Origin: Thermoprotei archaeon
GTDB taxonomy: Archaea > Thermoproteota > Thermoprotei > Thermoproteales > B15-G16
Length of the DNA: 64,000 nt
Direction: 5' to 3'
Assembly: GCA_003649205.1 (NCBI GenBank)
Contig: QMRC01000002.1
Location: 192,001 to 256,000 of the forward strand
The notes beneath the pieces were generated by a model. It worked only from the letters and a program-made list of their open reading frames with translations, was not told where the DNA came from and ran no database searches. Positions 49,861-61,771 of the stretch are shown here, one piece after another. Numbering within the stretch: the first letter of the stretch is position 1; each line of letters opens with the position of its first letter. The position numbers and the translations under genes are program-made.

Positions 49861-50099
49861 TCACAGTCTCTTAGCTATCTTAATAAGCCTTATCCCCCTC
49901 CTCATCTCCTCAACCTGAATTAGTCCTTCCAGTTCAAGTCTCATCAAGGTCTTAATGACTTCGCTCCTAGCTATGTCGTCCCCGTAAATAGCCTTCAGAG
50001 CTTCCATTAGCTCATCCTCTCTTATCTGCTGCTTTTTCCTAACGATCTCCAGTATAGCTACGTGAAGTGGGATAGAGAATTTACTTGACATAGAGATCA

Positions 50100-50100
<1 letters not shown>
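49861..50100 (-). CDS. Small winged-helix protein
   Basis: EVIKTLMRLELEGLIQV; lies between cdc48 and fen. Confidence 0.7.
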
Positions 50101-52298
<2,198 letters not shown>

Positions 52299-52403
52299 TC
52301 ACACCACAGCACTACTGCAAAAGTAGTCCTCGTTAGTAATCTTAGTCAGGGAGAGAAATAAAGTCCCTTCTTAAAAAGTAGCTGTTAAGCACGCTAGAGA
52401 TCT

Positions 52404-52700
52404 CTAAACGAACATCCTAGTTATGTAGATTACCTCTACCTGGCTAACGTCATCTATACTCGATATAGCTCTCTCAAGAGGTTCTGTACCACCGGTAGTT
52501 TCTTCAGGTATCACAACATGTACCTTAAGAGCCTTTAGACCAAAGGCTATAGGTTCCTCCTCAATCTTAACTAGCTGAAACTCCTTCGGCAAAACTTCAC
52601 CAATCTTCTTCTTCAACTCCTCTAAGTTAACCTCAATGCCTTTCGGAAATACCCTCGCTACTACGTATACTCGTCCTCCTCCGCTACTCATAGACTTCAC
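52404..52700 (-). CDS. ef1b: Elongation factor 1-beta
   Basis: EEPIAFGLKAL and GGTEPLE motifs. Confidence 0.93.
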   Translation of the reverse strand: MKSMSSGGGRVYVVARVFPKGIEVNLEELKKKIGEVLPKEFQLVKIEEEPIAFGLKALKVHVVIPEETTGGTEPLERAISSIDDVSQVEVIYITRMFV

Positions 52701-52910
52701 CTACGGACCTTCAAAACCACATTTTGGACACTTATAAGTGTTTGCTAGTCTCCTACATCTCTCACAACGCCAGATAACTACTTCACCACAGTTAGGACAG
52801 AGAAATCTAGCTGCTCTCTCGTACGGTGGTATGGTTCTTCCACATGAACTGCATACAGGTAGCTCCAGCTGATCTCTAGGTGTCTTAGCTACCATACTTA
52901 ATCCCACCAT
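52701..52910 (-). CDS. Zinc-ribbon protein (DUF1610/HVO_2753-like)
   Basis: CSSCG, FLCPNCG, RCERCR and [11 protein letters not shown]; upstream of EF-1beta. Confidence 0.92.
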   Translation of the reverse strand: MVGLSMVAKTPRDQLELPVCSSCGRTIPPYERAARFLCPNCGEVVIWRCERCRRLANTYKCPKCGFEGP

Positions 52911-52912
52911 AG

Positions 52913-54220
52913 CTATGGCTCTAACCTATATCGGTCTCGTGGATACAGCACAACCTCCCTTATATCTTTCCTCCTCAACATCATCATGAGCAACCTACTT
53001 AATCCAAGACCCCAACCTGCATGAGGTGGCATACCGTACTTGAAGAACTGTAGATGCGAGCTGAAGCTCTGTGGATCTAGACCTTGTTCCCTAATCCTCC
53101 TCTCAAGTAAGTCCTTGTCGTGAATTCTAGTACCACCAGAAGCCACCTCTAGCCACTCAATGTTGAGATCAAAGCTCTCACTCTCTTCAGGATTATCGTC
53201 ACAGGGCTTAGTGTAGAATGGTCTTAGTGCTGTTGGCCAGTAGTAGATGAAGTATGGTTGTTGACCAACTCTCTCACTAAATACCTTGAGGTGGTAAGTG
53301 GAGAGATCATCACCCCACTTAACCTCAATACCTCTCTCAACTAGGTAATCAATGACTTCGCTGTACTTAAATCGTGGAAATGGTTTTTCAGGAACTCTGA
53401 GATCGATACCGAGTACCTGTAGCTCCCTCCTACACCTATCCTTCACTGATCTATAGATTTCGACTATCAGGTCCTCAAGTAACTCCATTACGTCGAACAT
53501 ATCGGCAAAAGCCATCTCAATGTCAACTGAGATGAATTCATTGAGGTGATAATTCGTGTCGTGTTTCTCAGCTCTAAATGCAGGTGCTATTTCGAATACT
53601 CTCTCAAAGACAGCACAGAGCTGCTCCTTATACAGCTGAGGGCTCTGGGCTAGGTAAGCTACCTTACCAAAGTAATCTACTCTGAAGAGATTTGCACCTC
53701 CTTCAGTTGCTGTGGCTATGATCTTAGGCGTGAAGACCTCTATGAAGCCACGTTCCACAAGGAAGCTCCTAATTACTTGAAGTACCGCATGCTGTATCCT
53801 GAAGATAGCCCAGTTCTCAGCTCTTCTCAAATCAAGTACCCTGTACTTCAACCTCGTATTCAGATCTGCTGGAGTCTTCCCAGTTATGTCAATTGGTACA
53901 ACTCGATCAGATTTACTAATGACCTCTATCTTATACGGAATGACCTCTATACCTAGCTTAGCTATTTGACTCTTCTTCACAACACCCTCGACATGGATTA
54001 CATCCTCTCTAGACAACGACTTAGCAATCTCAAGTACTTCACTAGGTACTGAACCAGCTTTAATCGTTAGCTGCACTATACCCTCCTTATCGCGAAGAAG
54101 TACGAACACTATCTTACCAAGGTCACGAACATCATGCACCCAACCCAGTAGGTGCACTACTCTACCATCCATCTCTGGAGAGAGTTGAGATGTAAAGACC
54201 CTACTCCTACACACCGGCAT
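52913..54220 (-). CDS. aspS: Aspartyl-tRNA synthetase (archaeal type)
   Basis: [24 protein letters not shown] and [12 protein letters not shown] motifs. Confidence 0.95.
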   Translation of the reverse strand: MPVCRSRVFTSQLSPEMDGRVVHLLGWVHDVRDLGKIVFVLLRDKEGIVQLTIKAGSVPSEVLEIAKSLSREDVIHVEGVVKKSQIAKLGIEVIPYKIEVISKSDRVVPIDITGKTPADLNTRLKYRVLDLRRAENWAIFRIQHAVLQVIRSFLVERGFIEVFTPKIIATATEGGANLFRVDYFGKVAYLAQSPQLYKEQLCAVFERVFEIAPAFRAEKHDTNYHLNEFISVDIEMAFADMFDVMELLEDLIVEIYRSVKDRCRRELQVLGIDLRVPEKPFPRFKYSEVIDYLVERGIEVKWGDDLSTYHLKVFSERVGQQPYFIYYWPTALRPFYTKPCDDNPEESESFDLNIEWLEVASGGTRIHDKDLLERRIREQGLDPQSFSSHLQFFKYGMPPHAGWGLGLSRLLMMMLRRKDIREVVLYPRDRYRLEP

Positions 54221-54222
54221 CG

Positions 54223-54726
54223 CTAACCCTCAACAACAACCCTAACCTTCGTGCCGAACACAGCACTGATAAGTGATTCAAGCTCACGAGGTGAGAAGAT
54301 AGATCTCCTAGCTTCGCGAGCTACTCGAATAACAGTTTCAGAAGTACCATCAGGAAACCACACAACATTAACACCAAGTACAGCAAGTGGCATCACTAGC
54401 TGCTCAATACCTTCCCTAAAACTCGTAGCAACATCCACCACACGTACCATCTTACCTAGCTTATCCTCAAGAACCTTATTTAACTTCATCAGTAAACTCC
54501 TCGAAATACCCCTCAAACCTCTAAGCAACACTACCAGCACTCGATCACTCTCAACACACCTAACATACTCACTGTCTCTCAATTGAGGAAACTGATTCTC
54601 TAGATCCAGTAGTACCTTCATGACCTCCATATCGCGCTCAGTAACCTGACCACTTCTAACCAAACTCTCACACCTAGGACACAAGACACCAGTCCTCAGA
54701 CAAAAGGTACATAGTGGAATTTTCAC
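54223..54726 (-). CDS. NusA-like KH protein with N-terminal Zn finger
   Basis: KIPLCxFCxxxGVLCPRC followed by KH-like segments. Confidence 0.7.
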   Translation of the reverse strand: MKIPLCTFCLRTGVLCPRCESLVRSGQVTERDMEVMKVLLDLENQFPQLRDSEYVRCVESDRVLVVLLRGLRGISRSLLMKLNKVLEDKLGKMVRVVDVATSFREGIEQLVMPLAVLGVNVVWFPDGTSETVIRVAREARRSIFSPRELESLISAVFGTKVRVVVEG

Positions 54727-54731
54727 GTGAA

Positions 54732-55010
54732 CTACCTCCCGACAATTATTGTCATAGCAGTCTTCCTAAGGTTCTTCCCACCCCTCCCAGGTACAAGCTC
54801 AGTACCAATAATGACCTTCTTAATCAGTAAGTCCTTCATGAAACAGTTCTTAAGTGTTGCGACTACATCAACAGCCTTCGAAATAGCCCTACCCCTAGCC
54901 CTAATCTCAACCTCTGGATAACCCTGGTGAAATAGCGTTAAACAAGCCGTTACGTAAGTCATGACAGGCTTCCTACCAATGATGACACAGGGCTTCCTCA
55001 CACTACTCAT
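54732..55010 (-). CDS. albA: Alba chromatin protein (92 aa, true start ATG 55010)
   Basis: IGRKPVMTYV and IRARGRAISKAVDV motifs. Confidence 0.93.
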   Translation of the reverse strand: MSSVRKPCVIIGRKPVMTYVTACLTLFHQGYPEVEIRARGRAISKAVDVVATLKNCFMKDLLIKKVIIGTELVPGRGGKNLRKTAMTIIVGR

Positions 55011-55155
55011 AACCTTAAACCTCAATTCAAAGCAATACAACAGACTAAGTATTAAAGAAAACCGTAAGTAAGCAAAATCAACACAACATACTGAGTCTAT
55101 GAGGTATAGGTATATATAGCCCTTGACAGAAGAAAAGAAGTGAGGTAGGAGAATT

Positions 55156-55611
55156 ATGCAACTAACAGAAAAACAGATAGCACTTCTTAAGTACCTACTC
55201 GACAAATCCCAACCACTAAAGGTATACACCGTATACATATCACAGGAAGAACTAGCACACGAACTAGGAATAACAAGACAAGCACTCAGCACACACCTAA
55301 GAAAACTCAAAGACCTCGGACTAATAAGAACAGGAAGAGAATTCATAGACGTAACAGAAAGAGCACTAGAAGTACTAGGACTAAAAGCAAGCGACGCCTT
55401 CGTACTAATCAAAGTAGAACCAAAAGCCAGAGGACAGGTATACGGTAGACTCCTCACATTCCCAGTAGAGAAGATCTACAGGGTAACAGGAGACATAGAC
55501 CTAATAGCAGTACTAAGACAATCACACCTCAACGAATTCCTAAAACAAATAAGCAAACTAGAAGGAATAATCTCAACATCAACACACATAGTGATAGAAG
55601 AGCTGAAGTAG
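55156..55611 (+). CDS. Lrp/AsnC family transcriptional regulator
   Basis: HTH QEELAHELGITRQALSTHL plus VTGDIDL and TSTHIVIE. Confidence 0.88.
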   Translation: MQLTEKQIALLKYLLDKSQPLKVYTVYISQEELAHELGITRQALSTHLRKLKDLGLIRTGREFIDVTERALEVLGLKASDAFVLIKVEPKARGQVYGRLLTFPVEKIYRVTGDIDLIAVLRQSHLNEFLKQISKLEGIISTSTHIVIEELK

Positions 55612-55772
55612 TGAAGATAGCTAAAATAGCTAAACATTTACCGCTATAGAGGGAAAGACAACCTTACATTTTTACAGTAGTGAGAGTTGAAGCGATAGTA
55701 CATTGTAGACCCCTAAATTCGTTTTCAAGGAATGTAAGTAGAGGAGCATGAAGAGAAAAACAACCAATACTA

Positions 55773-56807
55773 GTGTTAAGGAGAGGTTGTGTCATTGATG
55801 AGGAATTTCAGGAATTACTACAGAAGCTACTCATAAAGTACAAAACCATCACCGTAGTAACTGAGAGCAATGATCCTTACTACAGACTAGGCTTCTTTCT
55901 TGCAGATGGAGCTAGAGTAGATATACTTCATCACCTACTACATAAATGGGACTTCTGTGTACGCAGTAAGAAGTACTATGTACTTCGCTATATATTGAGA
56001 GATATAGCTCCTATACTGTCCTCATACCCTATCACTCGCATCAGTGCATGGACACAGAGAGGTAGGCAGTACCTCTATGCTAAGTGCATGGTACCTGCTT
56101 CCGAAGCTTTATTCCTCAGAACGATTCTAGGTTTTGCTTATTTGGATAACATGGAGGTAGTGGATACCCTACTACTGTCCTTCATAGACAATGAGGATAA
56201 GTTAGCAAGATTTGTAGCAGGGTTGATAGATGGAGATGGATGCGTGAGGAAGGATCGGTACTACATTGATGTATTCATTCCCTTAAGTAGCCTAGAGGGA
56301 AAGATCGTAGGTAGGATATTGGATCTATTTACTGTGAAGTACAGCACCTTTGAGCAAAGTGGATACACGTACTTTAGGCTGCATATCGGCGAGAACTCTG
56401 ATCTAATGAAGTTAGTAGCCAAATACTTGAGAATTAGCTCAAAGAGGAAGAGATTAAGCAGATTGTTGATGAAGTATGTTGAGGAGGAGAGAACTATAGC
56501 TTTGATAATTGCACAATGTATAAGACTTCGAAGTAAGAAGCCGACAATACTCGTGATAAGTGTTGGTAGAACAATGTTGGTAGAGGATCTAGTTAGCAAG
56601 GTAACGAGATTGCTAAGTAAATTCAACGTGGAGTATACAGTGACAAGTGCAAAGCGTAGAGGTACCTCAAAAATAATTTCAATACCCTGTGGACGGAACC
56701 CAAGTAACGTCACTAAACTTGCGAACTTATCTAGATACTATGGTATTCAGTATCCGATAGCACTAAAACAGGTAGCAAAACGAGTAGGTGTAGAGCTACC
56801 GGAGTAG
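55773..56807 (+). CDS. Free-standing LAGLIDADG homing-endonuclease-like protein
   Basis: YRLGFFLADG and FVAGLIDGDG motifs. Confidence 0.75.
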   Translation: MLRRGCVIDEEFQELLQKLLIKYKTITVVTESNDPYYRLGFFLADGARVDILHHLLHKWDFCVRSKKYYVLRYILRDIAPILSSYPITRISAWTQRGRQYLYAKCMVPASEALFLRTILGFAYLDNMEVVDTLLLSFIDNEDKLARFVAGLIDGDGCVRKDRYYIDVFIPLSSLEGKIVGRILDLFTVKYSTFEQSGYTYFRLHIGENSDLMKLVAKYLRISSKRKRLSRLLMKYVEEERTIALIIAQCIRLRSKKPTILVISVGRTMLVEDLVSKVTRLLSKFNVEYTVTSAKRRGTSKIISIPCGRNPSNVTKLANLSRYYGIQYPIALKQVAKRVGVELPE

Positions 56808-56901
56808 TGAAATTCACTAGACTAGCTACCTCGCGTACTTCATGTGTAAAACGTTAAAATGGGGATAGTTGTAGAAGTAGACGAAGTGAACGTAAGGTAT
56901 G

Positions 56902-56977
56902 GGCCCCGTCGTCTAGCGGCAAGGATGCCCGCCTGACGCGCGGGAGGTCCCGGGTTCGAATCCCGGCGGGGCCACCA
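56902..56977 (+). tRNA. tRNA-Val(GAC)
   Basis: CCCGC-CTGACGC-GCGGG anticodon arm; encoded CCA. Confidence 0.97.
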
Positions 56978-57030
56978 CTTTTCTTCTTGTGTGGTAGGTG
57001 TATTAGCTACTTCTCACTTCTGTGTACTTG

Positions 57031-57639
57031 ATGGGGGTTGGTATTTACATTGCTTTTGAGGGTATTGATGGTTGTGGTAAGACCTACCACTCAGGTAGGG
57101 TCTATAGGAAGCTGCTTGATCTCGGTATTGATGCTGTATTGGTACGTGAACCGTACTATCCTGAACTACGTGAAGCGATAATGAGGAGGGTGTGGAATCC
57201 AGTATCTGAAGCTCTACTCTTCACTGCTGATAGGATTCAGCTTCAGTTAGAGATCATTGAGGATGCACTGAGGAGTGGTAAGGTTGTGATTAGTGATAGA
57301 TCTGTCTACGCTACGTTAGCGTATCAAGCAGCTAGAGGAGTACCACGGCAACTACTGAATTTCCTCTATGAGCTAATACCCATCAAGCCGCATCTAGTAA
57401 TTCTACTCGATGTACCTGTTGAGATTGCTCTAGCTAGAGTTAGGGAAAGTGGTCGTGAAGTTACGAGGTTTGAATCCATGGACCTACTTGAACGAGTGAG
57501 AGAAGAGTACCTTAGACTAGCTAGTGAACTACCTAATAAGTTCATCGTAGTGGATAGTGGTAGGGATGTGGAGTTAGTTGAGCAGGAGGTGTGGAGTCAC
57601 GTACTTAGATTCCTCAAGGAGAAGGGAGTTGTCGAGTGA
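57031..57639 (+). CDS. tmk: Thymidylate kinase
   Basis: FEGIDGCGKT, REP and VISDRSVYATLAYQ motifs. Confidence 0.95.
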   Translation: MGVGIYIAFEGIDGCGKTYHSGRVYRKLLDLGIDAVLVREPYYPELREAIMRRVWNPVSEALLFTADRIQLQLEIIEDALRSGKVVISDRSVYATLAYQAARGVPRQLLNFLYELIPIKPHLVILLDVPVEIALARVRESGREVTRFESMDLLERVREEYLRLASELPNKFIVVDSGRDVELVEQEVWSHVLRFLKEKGVVE

Positions 57640-57686
57640 TACAGAAATCGGTAAAACCTTAAAATCCACAATAACCCTACTACATA

Positions 57687-57764
57687 GGGGCCGTCGGCTA
57701 GCCTGGACTAGGCTGCACGGCTCGGGCCCGTGTGACCCGGGTTCAAATCCCGGCGGCCCCACCA
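57687..57764 (+). tRNA. tRNA-Pro(CGG)
   Basis: GGGGCCG/CGGCCCC acceptor stem, CACGG-CTCGGGC-CCGTG, encoded CCA. Confidence 0.97.
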
Positions 57765-57782
57765 GGTAGAGGAGGTACTTCC

Positions 57783-58058
57783 ATGACCTCTCTCGCACCT
57801 AAAATTGATCACAGTAAGTGCATCGGGTGTGGTATCTGCTTCTTCGTCTGTCCCACTAATCCCAAGGTATTTCAACCCTGTAGAGGATTGTCTTGGGTTG
57901 TTCATCCTGAAGCCTGTACAGGATGTGGACGCTGTGTCAAGTACTGCCCAGTACACGCAATAGAGCTAGTACCTCTTGAGCATGCAGGACCAAAACTACC
58001 AAGAGACTTCATAGGAGAAGTTGTTATAGGGAAGTTAATCGGGAAAGTGAAGCAGTGA
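57783..58058 (+). CDS. 2[4Fe-4S] ferredoxin
   Basis: CIGCGICFFVCP and CTGCGRCVKYCP; GGAGGT before ATG 57783. Confidence 0.9.
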   Translation: MTSLAPKIDHSKCIGCGICFFVCPTNPKVFQPCRGLSWVVHPEACTGCGRCVKYCPVHAIELVPLEHAGPKLPRDFIGEVVIGKLIGKVKQ

Positions 58059-58104
58059 TGAGGAGTACCCTCGCCAGATAGGTGAAGAGTAGCCCAGTAG
58101 CTGA
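58055..58104 (+). ncRNA. C/D-box sRNA, probable 16S guide
   Basis: GTGATGA-GGAGTACCCTCGC-CAGA-TAG-GTGAAGA-GTAGCCCAGTAG-CTGA; box C contains the ferredoxin stop codon. Confidence 0.88.
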
Positions 58105-58245
58105 CTAACTAGAGAAACTAGACCCCGCTTAATTACATCAGCTTACAGCTAGTTCATAAGGAGAGACCTCCTAAGGGGAAAGGTAGTATGAGGTGAGAGC
58201 AGAAGAAGTAAACTCTATAAATACAGATAGACAACACAAGGGATA

Positions 58246-58337
58246 GGGCCCGTAGCTCAGCCTGGTAGAGCGGCGGGCTTTTAATCACGTGAGAAGAAAC
58301 CCGCAGGACCCGGGTTCAAATCCCGGCGGGCCCGCCA
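58246..58337 (+). tRNA. tRNA-Lys(TTT) with 15-nt intron 58284-58298
   Basis: GCGGG-CTTTTA^A-CCCGC; BHB central helix CTTT/GAAG; encoded CCA. Confidence 0.95.
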
Positions 58338-58626
58338 TATCCCCTACAACTTCCTCTCTAAATATCACAGAGTTCGGACAATAGGTCCTCCCTCAATGTC
58401 CTTGCTGAGCCTCTTAACCCCTTAAGGTCTTAGTTTCTCTTGATGCTCCTGTCATCCTTCATTGCTCCTATGGAGTGAGTTGCTGTTGCTGTCGTGAATG
58501 CTGATGGTGTTACCGCTACTTGGACCGTAAATGGGTTTACTGCTGTGAGCATGTATTGTTGTGGTTGGTGTCTTGGTTTTGAAGATAGGAGGAAATATTT
58601 TCGAGTTTTACGTGGTGTGATTTAGT

Positions 58627-59436
58627 ATGTGTAGTCTTGAGGTTGCTAGGTTGCTCTGTTCTGATCAGGATGTGAAGAAGGTTCTCTCAATGTACTTTCC
58701 GGATCTCATGAGTAGGGTGGGAATTAGGTTACCGAAGCTCTCTCCATGTGATGCACATCTAAACTATGCGTACAGGATTGTGGTTTTGCTGTCTCTACTG
58801 AATGAGTTTGTTAGGTGTGGTGGTGAGTTTACAACGTACACTATATCAGGTACCTCATTGAGTAGAGGTGATGTCATTGATTTGACACCTATTGTACCGA
58901 ATACAGCAACTACAGATCTCGATCTCGCACTTAAGAGGTTGATTCCTGTTGCTACTGTTGAGTTGGGTGGTAGGTCATTCTCGATCTGGTACAGTACCCT
59001 CTACCCATGTACGTTGAGTCCCTCCATAGTTGATATACTAGTTGTCCCCTGTACTGCTACTCTAGAGGTTTCGTACCACGGTAGTCAACCTATTGTGTAC
59101 TGGGTGAGTACTATTGATGAGGAAGGTAGGAAGCTTCCTATGGCTTGTGTTGTTAGGTCGCTTAGACCTGATTCTGTGTTTCAGTACTTCACCTATGTGG
59201 TACCTTCGTGGAGTATGAAGCATGTTGTTATTTGGTGTCAGTGTACTAGACCTAGTAGGAGGAGGATCGATCTCTTGATTAAGTTCTCCGAAGCTAATCC
59301 TAGGGGGTGTATTGCTGTTGCTCCACCCGGTGTTGATGTTCCTAGGGTTGAGGCAGTGTACTACTTGCAGGATTCAGGTGATCTAGAGTACTTGCGTTCA
59401 CAGTTACTGAGTAGTGTTAGGAGATTGCTTAGGTGA
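58627..59436 (+). CDS. Hypothetical protein
   Basis: 269-aa ORF; no firm motif. Confidence 0.65.
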   Translation: MCSLEVARLLCSDQDVKKVLSMYFPDLMSRVGIRLPKLSPCDAHLNYAYRIVVLLSLLNEFVRCGGEFTTYTISGTSLSRGDVIDLTPIVPNTATTDLDLALKRLIPVATVELGGRSFSIWYSTLYPCTLSPSIVDILVVPCTATLEVSYHGSQPIVYWVSTIDEEGRKLPMACVVRSLRPDSVFQYFTYVVPSWSMKHVVIWCQCTRPSRRRIDLLIKFSEANPRGCIAVAPPGVDVPRVEAVYYLQDSGDLEYLRSQLLSSVRRLLR

Positions 59437-60039
59437 TTTAGCTCTTTGCCTTACGTACTTACCCAGTAGCAGTGCCCTATTGAGTACGAAGAGCTTCTCC
59501 TTCTCGATATCTACTTCGTAACCTGCTTCGATAGAGGACAGTAGGTAGTAGATTTCAGCAACTGCATCACTTAGTAGGAAGAGGTCTCCTACTTCACGTG
59601 GTTCGAGTGAGAGTAGTTCGGTGAGTAGTGTCCTCAATGTAGCTGTGTCCAGTGTTCCCTTGCTCAACATGGTCATTACTTCACAGTACGTGTTCAGTAG
59701 TGCTGTTGCTATTTCCTCGCTAACTACTTCCTCTCCACTAAGTAGCTTTAGCATGTACTTGAAGTAGGGGACGTGGTATCGAGGTATGTACTCAGTACCC
59801 TGTAGGAGCTTTAGGTATGGATTCACTACATCGGAGTACGTAGCAGTCAATTGCTTCAACACGTTCACGACTTTACTTCTCAGCTCCATATCGTTCAGTA
59901 GGAGTGAAGCTATGTAACATTCAATCAGCAGGTCAACTAACTCAACGACATCACCTACCTCACCTCTACTCACACTATTCAGTACCTTGGTACTTAGGTC
60001 CTTCAGTAGCTCTCTAACGTCACTCATTGATAGGTACAT
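59404..60039 (-). CDS. Hypothetical all-helical protein
   Basis: 211-aa Leu/Glu-rich ORF. Confidence 0.65.
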   Translation of the reverse strand: MYLSMSDVRELLKDLSTKVLNSVSRGEVGDVVELVDLLIECYIASLLLNDMELRSKVVNVLKQLTATYSDVVNPYLKLLQGTEYIPRYHVPYFKYMLKLLSGEEVVSEEIATALLNTYCEVMTMLSKGTLDTATLRTLLTELLSLEPREVGDLFLLSDAVAEIYYLLSSIEAGYEVDIEKEKLFVLNRALLLGKYVRQRAKSPKQSPNTTQ

Positions 60040-60090
60040 AGTTAGTACGAGTGATTACTTTTTAGGTGAGTAATTTATGTGTGGTCTGTA

Positions 60091-60145
60091 GTGATGAGAA
60101 CCACCGGAGCTTAGTTTCTAGGTGCTGAGAGAGTCCCGCGCCTGA
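60091..60145 (+). ncRNA. C/D-box sRNA
   Basis: GTGATGA-GAACCACCGGAG-CTTA-GTTTCTAG-GTGCTGA-GAGAGTCCCGCGC-CTGA. Confidence 0.75.
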
Positions 60146-60200
60146 TCTAGGGAAAAGGAAAATAACTGCCGTGTCCTTTCCAACTCTAGGTGGTGTCAAT

Positions 60201-60461
60201 ATGGAGATCAAGATTACTCTTCGAACAGATGCTCCTGCTAGAGATGTTGTATCTCTGATACTCGATAAGGCTAGGAATGCTAAGAGACTTGGTGAGAATG
60301 CTGTTGTAATATTGGATGATCAGGGTAACATAGTTGCTACCGTAGTGGTGAATCAGATTGAGGATAGTTTAACGGAGGTTACTGTCAAGGCTTCGAAGTA
60401 TACTGATGTCTTGGATTTACTTCAGAGTGAAGTAAGTGCTGAGGTTACTAATGTTGAGTAG
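60201..60461 (+). CDS. Hypothetical protein
   Basis: GGTGGTG before ATG; overlaps the next gene. Confidence 0.65.
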   Translation: MEIKITLRTDAPARDVVSLILDKARNAKRLGENAVVILDDQGNIVATVVVNQIEDSLTEVTVKASKYTDVLDLLQSEVSAEVTNVE

Positions 60462-60828
60462 TTCTAGGGTTCTACGTCTAGGTGATTACGAGGTTACTAT
60501 CGAGCTTCTTCCAGGTACATCGAGTATCGACTTTGAGAATGCTGTTTCCATCATTCGTGAGGTTGCTAGTGTTGCTAGTGCGTACGTAGTACCTCTTGAT
60601 CGTAGGATCGTAGCTACTGTCGATACGACGAAGGTTAAGATGAAGCTTCTGTTTAGGGAGATGGATGCTCAGTTCTTTATCACTTTACTCGAGCTATTTG
60701 ACTACCTATACGTGTACTCTATGAAGGTTACTGATCATGTTATTGAGCTAGTTATTGACTTGGGTGCAGCTGACGTTATTAAGGAGTTTACTCGTGGTTC
60801 TATGGAGTGTGAAGGACGTGGTTACTGA
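60451..60828 (+). CDS. Hypothetical protein
   Basis: GAGGT before ATG; operon-like packing. Confidence 0.65.
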   Translation: MLSSSRVLRLGDYEVTIELLPGTSSIDFENAVSIIREVASVASAYVVPLDRRIVATVDTTKVKMKLLFREMDAQFFITLLELFDYLYVYSMKVTDHVIELVIDLGAADVIKEFTRGSMECEGRGY

Positions 60829-61771
60829 TATTGAGGTTAGGAAGGTTCAGGAAATTAAGGGTTCCCTCTACGTATCACTTCCTCGTGAGTGGGCTAAGAG
60901 ATTCGGCATTGTCAAGGGATCTCTCGTTCTCTTAGAGGCTTCACCAGATGGAATTCTCGTAGTTAGACCGTGGCGAGATGAACAGGTTATTGATAGTAGT
61001 ACAGAGTTGCGTAAGGTATCTGTCATAGCTGATCAGTATCTATCAAGGAAACTCGTGTCGTACTACTTACTTGGCTTCGATGTGATTGAAGTTAGGATTA
61101 GGCCAGAGGTAGGTGAAGTAGCTAGGAAGTGCATTGATGAGATGTTGAAGCTCCTTCCCGGTCTTGAGATCGTTGAGGAGAGTAAGGATGCTATTGTTCT
61201 TCAGTGCTTCACCGATACTGGTGGTAGTGAGGTAAGTAAGTTAATTCAGAGAATGATTAATGTTGTTGCGAAGATGCTATACTCAGTACTTGAGTACTTC
61301 GAGACAGGTAGAAAGGAATGTCTCGAAGATATCTTGAGGAGGGATTACTTAGTCGATAGAGCTTACTTCCTAGTTGTTAGAGGAATTCGAAAAGCGCTAC
61401 GTAGTAGAGCTAATTTCGATCCTCTTAAGTTACTGGACTATAGATTGCTAGCTATGATAATTGAGCAGATTGGTGATCTATGTAAGGAATTTGCTAAATT
61501 TGCATTGACTAGAGACTACAATGAGTTGAGTTCTGAGGCTATTACTAGGTTTAGGTCTGTAGTTGATGTCCTCGTCTCTGCACTGCGTAAGTGTATTCAG
61601 ATTTATGAGAGGTGTGATGTAGCTGAATTAACGAAGCTTATTTCCGAGCTAAGTCGTGTAGAGAGCGAGTTAGAGAAATTAAGTTGTTTATGTTGTGAGT
61701 TAGCTAACTTACTACATCGTGTAGAGAAGTTGGTAGGTGATGCTCTAGACCTAGTACCGTACAGAACCTAG
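60818..61771 (+). CDS. Archaeal PhoU-family regulator with AbrB N-domain
   Basis: RKVQ..GSLYVSLPREWA, YLLGFDVIEV, GLEIVEE, VDR and EQIGD motifs. Confidence 0.88.
   Translation: MVTDIEVRKVQEIKGSLYVSLPREWAKRFGIVKGSLVLLEASPDGILVVRPWRDEQVIDSSTELRKVSVIADQYLSRKLVSYYLLGFDVIEVRIRPEVGEVARKCIDEMLKLLPGLEIVEESKDAIVLQCFTDTGGSEVSKLIQRMINVVAKMLYSVLEYFETGRKECLEDILRRDYLVDRAYFLVVRGIRKALRSRANFDPLKLLDYRLLAMIIEQIGDLCKEFAKFALTRDYNELSSEAITRFRSVVDVLVSALRKCIQIYERCDVAELTKLISELSRVESELEKLSCLCCELANLLHRVEKLVGDALDLVPYRT

Noticed and set aside
54732-55457. 241-aa ORF in the track
   Set aside because: Only the last 92 aa are Alba; the rest is antisense to the Lrp gene and its promoter region
57574-57956. Short ORFs across tRNA-Pro and the extended ferredoxin start at 57732
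   Set aside because: Shadows of the tRNA and ferredoxin genes; an RBS supports ATG 57783
58430-58552. 40-codon Thr/Ala-rich minus-strand ORF
   Set aside because: No RBS or motif; explained by the local skew
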